Assembly: GCA_963796105.1 (NCBI GenBank)
Contig: CAWCKJ010000006.1
Location: forward strand, 192,001-256,000
Length of the DNA: 64,000 bases
Direction: 5' to 3'
Source: a candidate division FCPU426 bacterium
GTDB taxonomy: Bacteria > Oederibacteriota > Muellerivitia > Muellerivitales > Muellerivitaceae
Below the pieces are notes generated by a model. The model was given only the letters and a program-made list of their open reading frames with translations, was not told the origin of the DNA and did not search any database. Positions 49,502-59,527 of the stretch are shown here, piece after piece (the stretch's first letter is position 1; each line of letters opens with the position of its first letter). Made by a program: the position numbers and the translations under genes.

Positions 49502-49972
49502 ATGGCTATTCGCAAGGATAATTTCACCGATTTTTTAAAGGAAGTGAGCTTGTTTGACGGGCTTCAGGATAAGACTTTGAGTCTTATATTTAGGCTGGGA
49601 AAGGTTCAACAATACAAGGCCGGGGATCTCATCATCCGGGAGAACCAGGAGGGCGGAAACCTATATATTATTATTACGGGCCGCGCGGAGGTTGTGAAAT
49701 CCGGCAAGGACCCCGGCAGTAACAAGCATTTGGCGGATTTGGACCGAGGCTCCGTTTTCGGCGAGATGAGTGTTTTTGACAATGCCCCATGCTCCGCCTC
49801 GGTTTTGGCAAAAACGGAATGTTCCGTTCACATGATCCAAGGAACGGATTTCAAGAAATTCCTGAAGAAGAATCCGGATGTGGCTTTTGAGGTTTTTTGC
49901 ACCTTGATCAGCCAGATCTCCAGCCGTCTTCGAAGGACGAATTTAGCCCTATCTCTCCTGGAATTCAGTTAA
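49502..49972 (+). CDS. Stand-alone cyclic-nucleotide-binding domain protein
   Basis: GSVFGEMSVFDNAPCSASV; no HTH. Confidence 0.88.
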   Translation: MAIRKDNFTDFLKEVSLFDGLQDKTLSLIFRLGKVQQYKAGDLIIRENQEGGNLYIIITGRAEVVKSGKDPGSNKHLADLDRGSVFGEMSVFDNAPCSASVLAKTECSVHMIQGTDFKKFLKKNPDVAFEVFCTLISQISSRLRRTNLALSLLEFS

Positions 49973-50152
49973 TCAAAAGCAGTCTTCCCTTCTTTTCCAT
50001 CCCATATTTTGTGGTTTGAAAAGTTTTGACATCTATAGGTGGTGATGGTACATTTGCTTGAGAATTGCTTTGTCAATTCGTTTTTGCCTGAGCGGCTTCC
50101 GATACCTTTCCTATAACCCCGCGCCGTTTCCCAAACCCGATAGGAGAAGCTT

Positions 50153-53100
50153 TTGTTCCTGAAAAAACTCGAGGTTCACGGCTTTAAGTCCTTTTCCGAC
50201 AAAACGGAACTTCTTTTTGAACCGGGAATCACGGCCATCGTGGGTCCCAATGGCTGCGGCAAAACAAACGTGGCCGACGGCATCCGCTGGGTCATGGGGG
50301 AGCAATCGGCCAAAGGCTTGAGAGCCGCTGAGATGACCGACGTAATTTTCAACGGGACCGAATCCAGAAAACCCTCCGGAATGTGCGATGTCACGCTGGT
50401 CCTTTCCAACGAAGACAAGACCCTCCCCCTCGAATTCAACGAGGTCTCCATCACCCGCCGGGTTTACCGCTCCGGGGAATCGGAGTACCTCATCAACCAG
50501 GTTCCGGCGCGCTTAAAGGACGTGAAGGAACTTTTCATGGGAACAGGCCTGGGCATCAGCGCCTATTCGGTCATGGCCCAGGGCCAGATGGAGCAAATCG
50601 TCACCTCCAAGCCCATTGAAAGACGCGCCCTTTTCGAGGAGGCCGCGGGGATCACCAAGTTCAAGTCCCGGAAAGTCGAGGCCCTGAGAAAACTCGAGGC
50701 CACCGAGCAGAATTTAGTGCGGATCGCCGATATCACCGCGGAGTTGAAACGGCAGATTCATTCCCTGGAACGCCAGGCCAAGCAGGCCGAAAAATACCGA
50801 CAGTTCAAGGAAAAACTTGGGATACTCCAGGTTCAAATCCACCTGGATAAATCCGTCAAATTGAGGGCCAAGTCGGAGAGCCTGCATCAAAAGATGAGGG
50901 AAGTCCAGGAACGCCTGGATTCCGCCCATGCGAACGCGTCGCAATTGGAACAGGAGGAAAAGCAATTCCGGGTACGCCTGGATGAGATCGAGCAGGAACT
51001 GGCGAAGGCGCGGGAAGAAGCCTACAAGGTCTCCAGCGAGGTGGAAGTCACCCAGGGCAGGATCGAAGGAACTAAACGCCACAAGAACATGCTGACGGAC
51101 CTGCGCCAGCGCAATGACCAGGAAACCGCCGAAGCCTTCGGCCGATCCGAACAACTCAAGGTCTGGGTGGAGGAACGCTCCCGCCTTCAGGCCTCAAAGG
51201 AGAGCCAGAAAAACGAGAAAGGCCTCCTGGAACAAGAACTCCAAGGGAAAATGGAGGCCCTGGAATCAGAGCTGGCCGGGAAAACCCGCGACTTGGAGGC
51301 CATGAACGTCGTCGCCGTGGATTTGGTCACCAAATCGGCCCAAATGAAGGCGGAGCTTGATTCGCTTCAGTCCCAGGACGAGGAGACCTCCCGCCGGGTG
51401 GGGGATTTGGTGGCCCAGTTGGAAAAGAACCTGGCGGAATTAAAGGGAGTTTCGGATAAACGCGAGGGATTTCTCACGGGAAAATTGGAATCCCAGGCGG
51501 AAGAAGCCCGGATTGAGGAGAATCTCCTTCGCATCCAAGGGGCCCTGGCCCAGCAGGGAGCCTTGATCGTCGATGCCGAGGAGGAATTGAAAAAGCTCAA
51601 TAACGCTTTTTCCGAGGCCCGGTCCCGCTACGGGGTTTTGGAGGAGCTCCAGAACAAGCTGACGGGCTATGACGCGGGAGTGAAGGCGATTCTCCAGGCC
51701 AGGCAATCCGAACCCCTCATGTGGCAGGAGGTCCTGGGGGTTGTCGCGGACCTGATCTCGGTGGACAAAGTCCATGAGGGCGCGGTGGAGACACTCCTGG
51801 GAAGCCAGCTTCAATCGTTGGTTGTGCGTTACCGATCTACCGCGGAGAAGGTGGTGGCTTATCTAAAATCCGAAGGCCAAGGCAAGGTTTCCCTCCTGGT
51901 TTTGGAGGATTTGGCCAAGCAGGCACAGGCTGACCAAGTCGCCCCTGCCTTGAACGAATCTGGGGTTTTAGGCTCGATTTTATCATTCTTGAAGTACGAA
52001 CCCTCCCTGGAACCCGTGGTCAAGTTCCTTTTTGGCCAGGACCTTCTGGCTTCTGAATGGGCCCTGGCGGAAAATCTCAGCGTCCTTCATCCCCGCTTGC
52101 GTTTTGTGACCCGGGACGGGGACCGGATGGGGCCTTTGGGTTCCCTGAAGGCAGGCTCCGCAGTCTCGGGTGTTTCCCTTTTGGGGCGCCACCGCGAGAT
52201 GAACGAGCTTTCCGAAAAAATGGTGGAGCTCGAGAATCAGGTTCAGCAGGGCGAGGCAAAGTTGGCCACCGCCAAAAAAGAAAGAAAGGAGATGGAGGAT
52301 TCCCTCCTGGCATCGGAAAACCGCCGCCAGCAAGTCCGCATCCTTCTCGCGGAGACTGAAAAAGAGATTGCCCAGTCCCAGGAAACCCTTCTCCGATTAG
52401 AAAACGAGAAAACCGTCCTGGAGAGGGAAAAAGCCCTCTGCGAGGCCCATTGGAATTCCGATAAGAACCGCATCGGGGAGCTGTCAACCCTGCTAAACCA
52501 AAGCGAACAGACTCAGCATTCGACACAGGAAGAGATCAACCAAGCCCGCGGCGGGCTCCAAACCCTTCAAACCCAGAAGGAGGAAATCTCCCGGCAGAAA
52601 ATGCAGGTGCGCCTGGAACTGGATTCCCTGGAGGAAGTCGCAGAAAGGGCCAAGGAAGAGGCCGAGCGTTACCAGGCGGAGCTGAACCAACTGGCCCGTC
52701 TGGTTTCCCAGAAGAAGGATGAGAACCAGCAGTTGGGCCTTCAGGAACAGCAGTTGTCCCTGGACTTGGAGGATCTGGACCGGAAAATCGGCGGCCTTTC
52801 CCAGACCAAGAGGGACGCGGACAAGCAGGCCGGCAAAGTCGCGGAGAAAAGGGCGGCTGTCTCGGCGGAGGCCGGGGAACGGGCGGAGAAGGTCCGGCAG
52901 GCCCGCGTGAGGTTCGAGGAGGTCCAAAAAGAGCTTCATGCCCTGGATCTTCAGGAAGCGCAAATCAGCGTGGAAATCCGGAACATCGAGGAAAAGCTCC
53001 AGTATGAGTACAAGGTGGACCCGGAGAATCCTCCCGTCGCCCTCGAGAAGGAGTTCGACGGGGAAGAGGCCGAAAAGGAATCTATTGAATTGCGGGCCAA

Positions 53101-53734
53101 GATCGATAGGCTGGGCCTGGTGAACATGGTAGCCATGGAGGAATACGACGAATTGTCCCAACGGTACAAGTTTCTTTCCGAGCAGCAGGAGGACCTTTTG
53201 AAGGCCAAGGATGACCTGCAGAAGGCCATCCAAAAGATCAACTTAACCTCTAGGGAGCTTTTTTCCTCCACCTTCGCCACGGTCCAAGAAAATTTTAAGG
53301 ATGTGTTCCAACGCCTGTTCGAGGGCGGAAGGGCCGAGCTGATTCTCGTGGACGAGGGGGATGTCCTGGAATCGGGCATCGAGATCGTGGCGAGGCCTCC
53401 CGGAAAAAGACTACAATCCGTTTCCCTCCTTTCGGGCGGGGAAAAAGCCCTGACCGCCATCGCCCTGTTATTCGCCCTTTTCCTGGTGAAACCCAGCCCC
53501 TTCTGCCTCCTGGATGAGATTGACGCCCCATTGGACGACGTGAATGTCGGGCGGTTCACGCACCTCTTGAAGGAATTCAGCAAAAGGACCCAATTCATCA
53601 TGATCACCCATAACAAGGTCAGCATGGAAACGGCGGATGTGATCTACGGAGTGACCATGCAGGAATCCGGCGTCTCGAAGATAGTCTCCGCTAAATTCAA
53701 GGAAAACCGTCCAGAGGAAACAGCGGTTTCTTGA
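50153..53734 (+). CDS. smc: Chromosome segregation protein SMC
   Basis: GFKSF, GPNGCGKTN, coiled coils and hinge, LSGGEK, LLDEIDAPLD. Confidence 0.97.
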   Translation: MFLKKLEVHGFKSFSDKTELLFEPGITAIVGPNGCGKTNVADGIRWVMGEQSAKGLRAAEMTDVIFNGTESRKPSGMCDVTLVLSNEDKTLPLEFNEVSITRRVYRSGESEYLINQVPARLKDVKELFMGTGLGISAYSVMAQGQMEQIVTSKPIERRALFEEAAGITKFKSRKVEALRKLEATEQNLVRIADITAELKRQIHSLERQAKQAEKYRQFKEKLGILQVQIHLDKSVKLRAKSESLHQKMREVQERLDSAHANASQLEQEEKQFRVRLDEIEQELAKAREEAYKVSSEVEVTQGRIEGTKRHKNMLTDLRQRNDQETAEAFGRSEQLKVWVEERSRLQASKESQKNEKGLLEQELQGKMEALESELAGKTRDLEAMNVVAVDLVTKSAQMKAELDSLQSQDEETSRRVGDLVAQLEKNLAELKGVSDKREGFLTGKLESQAEEARIEENLLRIQGALAQQGALIVDAEEELKKLNNAFSEARSRYGVLEELQNKLTGYDAGVKAILQARQSEPLMWQEVLGVVADLISVDKVHEGAVETLLGSQLQSLVVRYRSTAEKVVAYLKSEGQGKVSLLVLEDLAKQAQADQVAPALNESGVLGSILSFLKYEPSLEPVVKFLFGQDLLASEWALAENLSVLHPRLRFVTRDGDRMGPLGSLKAGSAVSGVSLLGRHREMNELSEKMVELENQVQQGEAKLATAKKERKEMEDSLLASENRRQQVRILLAETEKEIAQSQETLLRLENEKTVLEREKALCEAHWNSDKNRIGELSTLLNQSEQTQHSTQEEINQARGGLQTLQTQKEEISRQKMQVRLELDSLEEVAERAKEEAERYQAELNQLARLVSQKKDENQQLGLQEQQLSLDLEDLDRKIGGLSQTKRDADKQAGKVAEKRAAVSAEAGERAEKVRQARVRFEEVQKELHALDLQEAQISVEIRNIEEKLQYEYKVDPENPPVALEKEFDGEEAEKESIELRAKIDRLGLVNMVAMEEYDELSQRYKFLSEQQEDLLKAKDDLQKAIQKINLTSRELFSSTFATVQENFKDVFQRLFEGGRAELILVDEGDVLESGIEIVARPPGKRLQSVSLLSGGEKALTAIALLFALFLVKPSPFCLLDEIDAPLDDVNVGRFTHLLKEFSKRTQFIMITHNKVSMETADVIYGVTMQESGVSKIVSAKFKENRPEETAVS

Positions 53735-54846
53735 TCCGATCCCTCTTCTCCCGAACCGAAAAGATTTTCAAGGCCCTCCTTTGGCTTATTTTGGGCCGAG
53801 TCCTGGATTGGTTCCCTGGAAAAACAAATCTTCCCGCGCCTCCCAGGTCCCTTCTCCTCCTGAGGCCCGACCGGCTGGGGGATTTCATTCTTTCCTCCCC
53901 GGCATTTTTCGCGCTGCTCCGGGAGGCGGGGCCTTCCTGCCGGATCACTTTCTTGGCCGGCGAAAGAAACGAGGCCCTTGCCCGTAAAATTTTTCCGTTC
54001 GCCGAGGTCCTCCTCTGGCGGAAGGGCTGGCTATCCCGGCTTAAGGTGATATCCCGTCTCATCCTGGGCCGGTTCGACGCGGCGATTGATTTTCATTCCT
54101 TCCCCTTTTCAACAACCTCGGCCTTCTTATCGGTCCTTTCCGGAGCCTCCCGGCGGGCGGGCTTTTGGCAGGGGGGCCTGGAAGACGCCGTTTCCAGGAA
54201 GGTTTTCAATGAGGGTATTCCGTCCCCGGAGGAAAATAAACCTGAGCCCGCTAAAAGTTTTTCGCTGGTTAAAAAAATATTCCCGGAGGCGTCTTTACGG
54301 TTTCGCGATTTAAGTTCCCGGCTCGCTTCGCCCCAAGCCGCCTTAAAGGCCCGGCTTTTCTACAGCCATTGCGGTATCCGTAAGGCGGATAAGGTATTGG
54401 GAATTCATCCCACCCTAGGCAAGAAGGATAACCGGTGGAATCCAGCTAATTACGCTCGCCTGATCACGCTTCTCAAGGGAATCAAGGGATTGAAGGTGGT
54501 TTTGGTTCACGGCGAAGGGGAATCCAGGGAACTGGAACTTTTTAATAGCTCCAACCAGGGAATGCCCGGCGTCTTTCTGCTTCCTGAAAGCGATATTTTT
54601 TTTATACTGGAAGCCGCCAAAAGGTTTGGCCTTTTCGTTTGCGGGGACAGCGGCCTGATGCACGCCTGCGCCTTGGTCACGAGGGTATTCGCGGTTTTCG
54701 GGCCCAGTGATCCCGAAAGATGGGGACCCTTGGATATTCATCGAAACAGGATATTCCGGAAAAAAGATCATCTTTGTGATTCGGTCCGTTCAGAGGAAAT
54801 AGCCCGGGCCGTCAGGAAAGAAATCCTGAAACCTCTGAAAAACTAA
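53731..54846 (+). CDS. Glycosyltransferase family 9 (heptosyltransferase-like)
   Basis: DRLGDFIL, RW, DSGLMHACA, FGPSDPERWGP. Confidence 0.88.
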   Translation: MIRSLFSRTEKIFKALLWLILGRVLDWFPGKTNLPAPPRSLLLLRPDRLGDFILSSPAFFALLREAGPSCRITFLAGERNEALARKIFPFAEVLLWRKGWLSRLKVISRLILGRFDAAIDFHSFPFSTTSAFLSVLSGASRRAGFWQGGLEDAVSRKVFNEGIPSPEENKPEPAKSFSLVKKIFPEASLRFRDLSSRLASPQAALKARLFYSHCGIRKADKVLGIHPTLGKKDNRWNPANYARLITLLKGIKGLKVVLVHGEGESRELELFNSSNQGMPGVFLLPESDIFFILEAAKRFGLFVCGDSGLMHACALVTRVFAVFGPSDPERWGPLDIHRNRIFRKKDHLCDSVRSEEIARAVRKEILKPLKN

Positions 54847-55051
54847 ACTGGAGCTTCAAACAGAGGTTTCGACTCCATGCCAATTTCTACTGAAGCTTCA
54901 AAGAGATCGGAATAGTCTTGAATTCCATCGCGTTTTAACGCGATGGAGGACAAAGATTTCCACGGGAAATCGTGGGGTTATCATTAATGGTTGCTGAAAA
55001 AGCCGGCGCTATGCCGACTTTTTCAGAGCTTACATCCTATAAATTCAGGGG

Positions 55052-55982
55052 ATGAGCATGGGGTTGTTCGATAAGTTCAAAAGGGGTCTCGCGAAAACCG
55101 CCCGACAGTTGACCTCCAACCTGGGTGCCTTGATGGGGGAAAAAGCCCGCCTCTCAGACGGCGCCGCCAAGGATTTGGAGGAGAGATTGGTGTCAACCGA
55201 TATGGGCCTTGGGATGGCTCAGTCGATATTGGGAGAAGTCCAGGAAAGGCTTGAAAAAACGGGAAAAAACGAAACCCCAGCGCTTCCCGTTCTTTTGCGG
55301 GAAATGTTGATACGGCGGCTTTCCGGTTATCATACCCCATGGGAATTGGCCCGGCCCTCGGTGGTCCTGCTGGTCGGGGTCAATGGGGCCGGTAAAACCA
55401 CCACCGCAGGCAAATTGGGGGCCCGTTATTCCGGCGAAGGCAGGAAGGTTCTGCTGGCTGCGGGGGATACCTTCAGGGCGGCCGCTGAAGAACAGCTGAC
55501 GTCTTGGGCCGAACGTGCTAAAGTAGAACTCGTTCGCGGGTCCCATGGCGCGGCTTCTTCCGCGGTGGTCTTTGACGCGATTAAATCAGGTTTGCAAAAC
55601 GGCTCGGATTGCGTGATTGTGGATACGGCTGGAAGGCTCCATAATCGTTCCAACTTGATGGAAGAACTTAAAAAGATCGCCAGGGTGGCCGAAAAAGCGG
55701 CTCCAGGCATCCGCCATGAGAAATGGCTGGTTTTGGACGCCAATACAGGGCAGAATGCCCTTAATCAAACCCGTGATTTTCACCTGGGAATGGGATTGAC
55801 GGGCCTGGTAATAACTAAGTTGGACGGAACCGCCAAGGGCGGCATTGTCGTGAACCTTTGCGAGCAAGAGGGACTGCCGGTGAGGTTCCTGGGAGTGGGG
55901 GAAGGGATAGAAGATACTCATTCCTTTCGACGTGAAAATGTTCGTTGAGGCCCTGGTGCCTGATACCCTGACGATGGTTTAA
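55052..55982 (+). CDS. ftsY: SRP receptor FtsY with an apparent +1 frameshift at ~55916
   Basis: GVNGAGKTTT, DTFRAAA, DTAGRL, TKLDGTAKGG; the conserved LIPFD..FVEAL tail lies in another frame. Confidence 0.93.
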
Positions 55983-55996
55983 GAGGAGGAGTTTTA

Positions 55997-56347
55997 ATGG
56001 AACGTTTGGTGCTTGCCACTCGAGCGGCCATGTCGAACACTTCGGTCACGGTCGTCGATATCGAGGGCGTCCTCGACATCAACACTGTCGGTGATTTCGA
56101 GGCGATCCTCCAGGATCTGTTCAAAAAGAAGCAGTATAAAATAGTCCTGAATATGAAAAAGCTGACCTATATCTCAAGCGCGGGCTTCGGGGTTCTTATG
56201 AGCATCATCAAAGATGTCCGGAAGAACCGGGGCGACATCAAGATCGCCAACGTCAACGCGGATATTTACAAGGTGTTCGACCTTCTGGAGTTACCGGGCC
56301 TTTTCCATATTCTAAAAACAGAGCAAGACGCCGTAACGGAATTTTAG
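55997..56347 (+). CDS. STAS-domain anti-sigma-factor antagonist
   Basis: IEGVLD, LTYISSAGFGVL, VFDLL; GAGGAG RBS. Confidence 0.92.
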   Translation: MERLVLATRAAMSNTSVTVVDIEGVLDINTVGDFEAILQDLFKKKQYKIVLNMKKLTYISSAGFGVLMSIIKDVRKNRGDIKIANVNADIYKVFDLLELPGLFHILKTEQDAVTEF

Positions 56348-56356
56348 GTTTAACGC

Positions 56357-57361
56357 TTGTCTTCCCCTTCCTCCCGCCAACAACGTGGGTTCCATTTTCT
56401 TGTTTTGTTTTCCATTTTTAATTTATTCCTATTCCAGGCTCTTCCCCTTTCCGCCACCGAGACGAAATTCACCCTGCTATTCACGAATGACCACCAGGGC
56501 CAGGTGGAGCCCTTAGTCCTCACGGACCCCTCCAAACCAGTCGGGGGTGTCGCGCGGCGGATGGCTTTGATCCAAAAGATCCGAGAGGAGGTTGGGGAAA
56601 AGAAAGTTTTGCTTGTGGATAGCGGGGACTTGTTCACGGGAACTCTCCTTTCCGAGGCCAGCCGCGGGGAAGTCGACTGCGCGGCCTATCAGATGATGAA
56701 ATACGACGCCATCGCTCTGGGGGAGCATGACTTCGCCTATGGCACGAAAACCCTCCTGGAATACCGTAAAAAATTCGGCATGCAGTGGGTCGCGGCCAAC
56801 GTCGTTAGCGGAGTCCAGCCGTTCCTGCGTCCTTACGCGCTGAAGAACGTCGGAATTAGGGTCGGTTTGATCGGTTTCAGCCATCCGGATACCCGGACCC
56901 TGGCCGGAAGGGAAAACGTCAAGGGATTGGTGTTTAACCAGCCAGGCGCAACCGCCAAAGGCCTTCAAACGATATTTAAGAAAGACGCTGATATTTTCGT
57001 GGTTTTAAGCCGTTTGGGAGTGGAGGGAGACAAGAAGTTCTCGAAGGAAAATTCCTTCGTCCATATCATCGTTGGGGGTTACAGCCACACTCTGTTAAAT
57101 GAGCCCCTGGCCACCAAGGACGAGGACGGCAGTCTAGTGGGACCCTTGATCTGCCAAGCGGGATCCCAGGGACTTTATCTCGGGCGCCTGGACCTGACCG
57201 TGGAGGGCCATCGGGATAAAAAGACCAAGCACGCCGAATACAACATCGTGGATTACCATTATCAGCTTATTCCCATCACCGCGGATCTCCCCGAGGATCC
57301 CAAAATGGTGAAGCTTTTGGAAACCTATCGGACCCGGTATAAAGGCGCACAAGAACGTTGA
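56357..57361 (+). CDS. Secreted 5'-nucleotidase-like metallophosphoesterase N-domain with degenerate metal sites
   Basis: TNDHQG, DSGDLFTG, LGEHDF, AANV, GGYSH, YLGRLDL. Confidence 0.85.
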   Translation: MSSPSSRQQRGFHFLVLFSIFNLFLFQALPLSATETKFTLLFTNDHQGQVEPLVLTDPSKPVGGVARRMALIQKIREEVGEKKVLLVDSGDLFTGTLLSEASRGEVDCAAYQMMKYDAIALGEHDFAYGTKTLLEYRKKFGMQWVAANVVSGVQPFLRPYALKNVGIRVGLIGFSHPDTRTLAGRENVKGLVFNQPGATAKGLQTIFKKDADIFVVLSRLGVEGDKKFSKENSFVHIIVGGYSHTLLNEPLATKDEDGSLVGPLICQAGSQGLYLGRLDLTVEGHRDKKTKHAEYNIVDYHYQLIPITADLPEDPKMVKLLETYRTRYKGAQER

Positions 57362-57526
57362 GCAGGGCGTTTTCAACTTATTTCCTACATTACTGCGAAA
57401 TTAACCGAAGTTTTATCCATTCAGTTTTTTCTGACTCCCGTGAGCGCCTTTAATTAGGCATTATTACGTCTTGTTGTAATCCAACCTTTCCCACGGATGG
57501 TTTTACCGGAGGATTTCATCCATTCC

Positions 57527-57554
57527 TTGACACTCGGCTTTCACCCCATATAAT
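57527..57554 (+). promoter_or_regulatory. Consensus sigma-70 promoter upstream of glgA
   Basis: TTGACA-16 nt-TATAAT. Confidence 0.7.
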
Positions 57555-57866
57555 GCGACAGTTTAACGGCAAAGCGTTAAAAATCAGGCCCTGAATTACC
57601 ATTTTACCCTGGAAGAAACGTCGAAATGACCGATGGAATCCTGTTGGTCCGAAAGGAATTCCAAGAATAGCACTATTTTCAATCATTACCGGATCAACGA
57701 ATTCTTCCGTTGGTTAACTTTAAGGCGGGAAACCGGACGATTAATTGGGATAATGGATTAGTGAAATCAGGCTTTTGCTGTTTTGAAATGAAAATAAATA
57801 ATTAGAAAGCCGGCTGGTTTGCGGCCTAGGTTTTAACAACGCGGGAAGGGTATAAGAAGGTTTTCA

Positions 57867-59381
57867 ATGGCTCGAAATAATACAACTCAAAATGGCTCTT
57901 CCGGTCAACCGGGGGCGGGACCGTTGAAAAGACGGATCCTGTTCGTTTCCTCCGAGGTGGTCCCATACGCGAAAACCGGGGGGCTCGCCGATGTGGTGGG
58001 GGCACTTCCCCTAGCCTTGGCGAAATTGGGCTGTGAGGTGGGAGTGGTGATGCCCCGCTACAAGGCGGTCACCCAGGAGAAATTCCATCTTCGAATGGAA
58101 GTGAAAGCAATGCCCGTTCCCATGGGAATGGGGGAAATGAGCGCGGACATCCTTTCAGCCCCGTTAGGAAACACGCCCAGCAAGATTTATTTCATTCAGA
58201 ATGACCGCTACTTTGACCGGGAGGGCCTGTACGGCTCTCCTGAGGGCGATTTCCAGGATAACGCCGAACGGTTCGCTTTCTTTTCCCGCGCGGTCTTGGA
58301 AATGCTCAAGTCCATCCATTGGTATCCCCACATCCTGCACTTAAACGATTGGCAGACAGGCCTCGCTGCCGCCTACTTGAAAACCCTATACGGAAACCTT
58401 CCTTATTTCGAGAGGATCCGGACCCTTTTCACCATCCACAATATGGCTTACCAGGGCTTGTTTCCAAAGTATGTGCTTCCCATGACGGGCTTGGGATGGG
58501 AGGAATTCACCCCTGAAAAGATCGAGTTTTACGGCCAGGTGAATTACCTGAAATCCGGCCTGGTTTATTCGGATGCCCTGAATACCGTCTCCGAGAAATA
58601 CGCCCAGGAGATCCAAGCCGACGAATACGGCCACGGCCTGCAGGGACTGCTCCAATCCCGCGCCGCGGACCTTTACGGGATCGTCAATGGGATCGACTAC
58701 CTGGAATGGAACCCCGCCACCGACAAGGAAATACCCTCGCAATATACGGCCAAGAATTCCAGCCTGAAAGCCGAGTCCAAGAAGAAACTCCTGAGGGAGC
58801 TGGACCTGGAATACAAAGCCGACACTCCCGTGATAGGCCTTGTCTCGCGCCTGACGGACCAGAAGGGAATGGATTTGATCGCGGACATCATCCATGAGTT
58901 CCTCTCCATGGACGTCCAATTCGTGCTGTTGGGGACCGGCGACCCGCGCTACCACGCCCTGTTCAAGGACCTTCAGGGCCGGTTCCCGAAAAACCTGGCC
59001 GCGGCCTTCCGCTTCGACAATCCCCTGGCCAAGCTCATTTACGCGGGAAGCGATATGTTTCTCATGCCATCGAGGTTCGAGCCCTGCGGATTGGGCCAGA
59101 TGATCGCCATGAAATTCGGAACCATCCCGATCGTGCGGAAGACCGGGGGGCTTTCCGACACCGTAGAGAACCTTTCCCCTGACGGCTCGAAGGGGACGGG
59201 TTTTGTTTTTGAGAATTACAAAAGCGGGGACCTGTTGGCTTCCATCAAGAGGGCAGTGGAGGCTTACCGCCAAAAACAGATTTGGCATCCCCTCATCCAG
59301 CGGGCCATGGGCCAGGACTTTTCCTGGACTGCCTCCGCTAGGAAATACGAAGAGCTTTATGAGACGATATTGAGAAAGTAA
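57867..59381 (+). CDS. glgA: Glycogen synthase
   Basis: KTGGLADV, HLNDWQ, TIHN, NGID, SRLTDQKG, PSRFEPCGL. Confidence 0.96.
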   Translation: MARNNTTQNGSSGQPGAGPLKRRILFVSSEVVPYAKTGGLADVVGALPLALAKLGCEVGVVMPRYKAVTQEKFHLRMEVKAMPVPMGMGEMSADILSAPLGNTPSKIYFIQNDRYFDREGLYGSPEGDFQDNAERFAFFSRAVLEMLKSIHWYPHILHLNDWQTGLAAAYLKTLYGNLPYFERIRTLFTIHNMAYQGLFPKYVLPMTGLGWEEFTPEKIEFYGQVNYLKSGLVYSDALNTVSEKYAQEIQADEYGHGLQGLLQSRAADLYGIVNGIDYLEWNPATDKEIPSQYTAKNSSLKAESKKKLLRELDLEYKADTPVIGLVSRLTDQKGMDLIADIIHEFLSMDVQFVLLGTGDPRYHALFKDLQGRFPKNLAAAFRFDNPLAKLIYAGSDMFLMPSRFEPCGLGQMIAMKFGTIPIVRKTGGLSDTVENLSPDGSKGTGFVFENYKSGDLLASIKRAVEAYRQKQIWHPLIQRAMGQDFSWTASARKYEELYETILRK

Positions 59382-59527
59382 TCCGCCGCCCTTCCAGTTC
59401 CCATTCCTTGAATCACCAAGGTTTTTTCCTTATTGTCCTTTTGGATGTTTTATGAAAGCTGTCGCGGGGCACACAAAGGCGGAAAATAAGGGAACTGAAT
59501 TTTTAATGAAAAACGGTTAAAGGAAAC

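Noticed and set aside
57560..57860. c-di-GMP riboswitch before glgA
   Set aside because: Only isolated GGCAAA/GAAA words; the required paired stems and GACGCAAAG context are absent.
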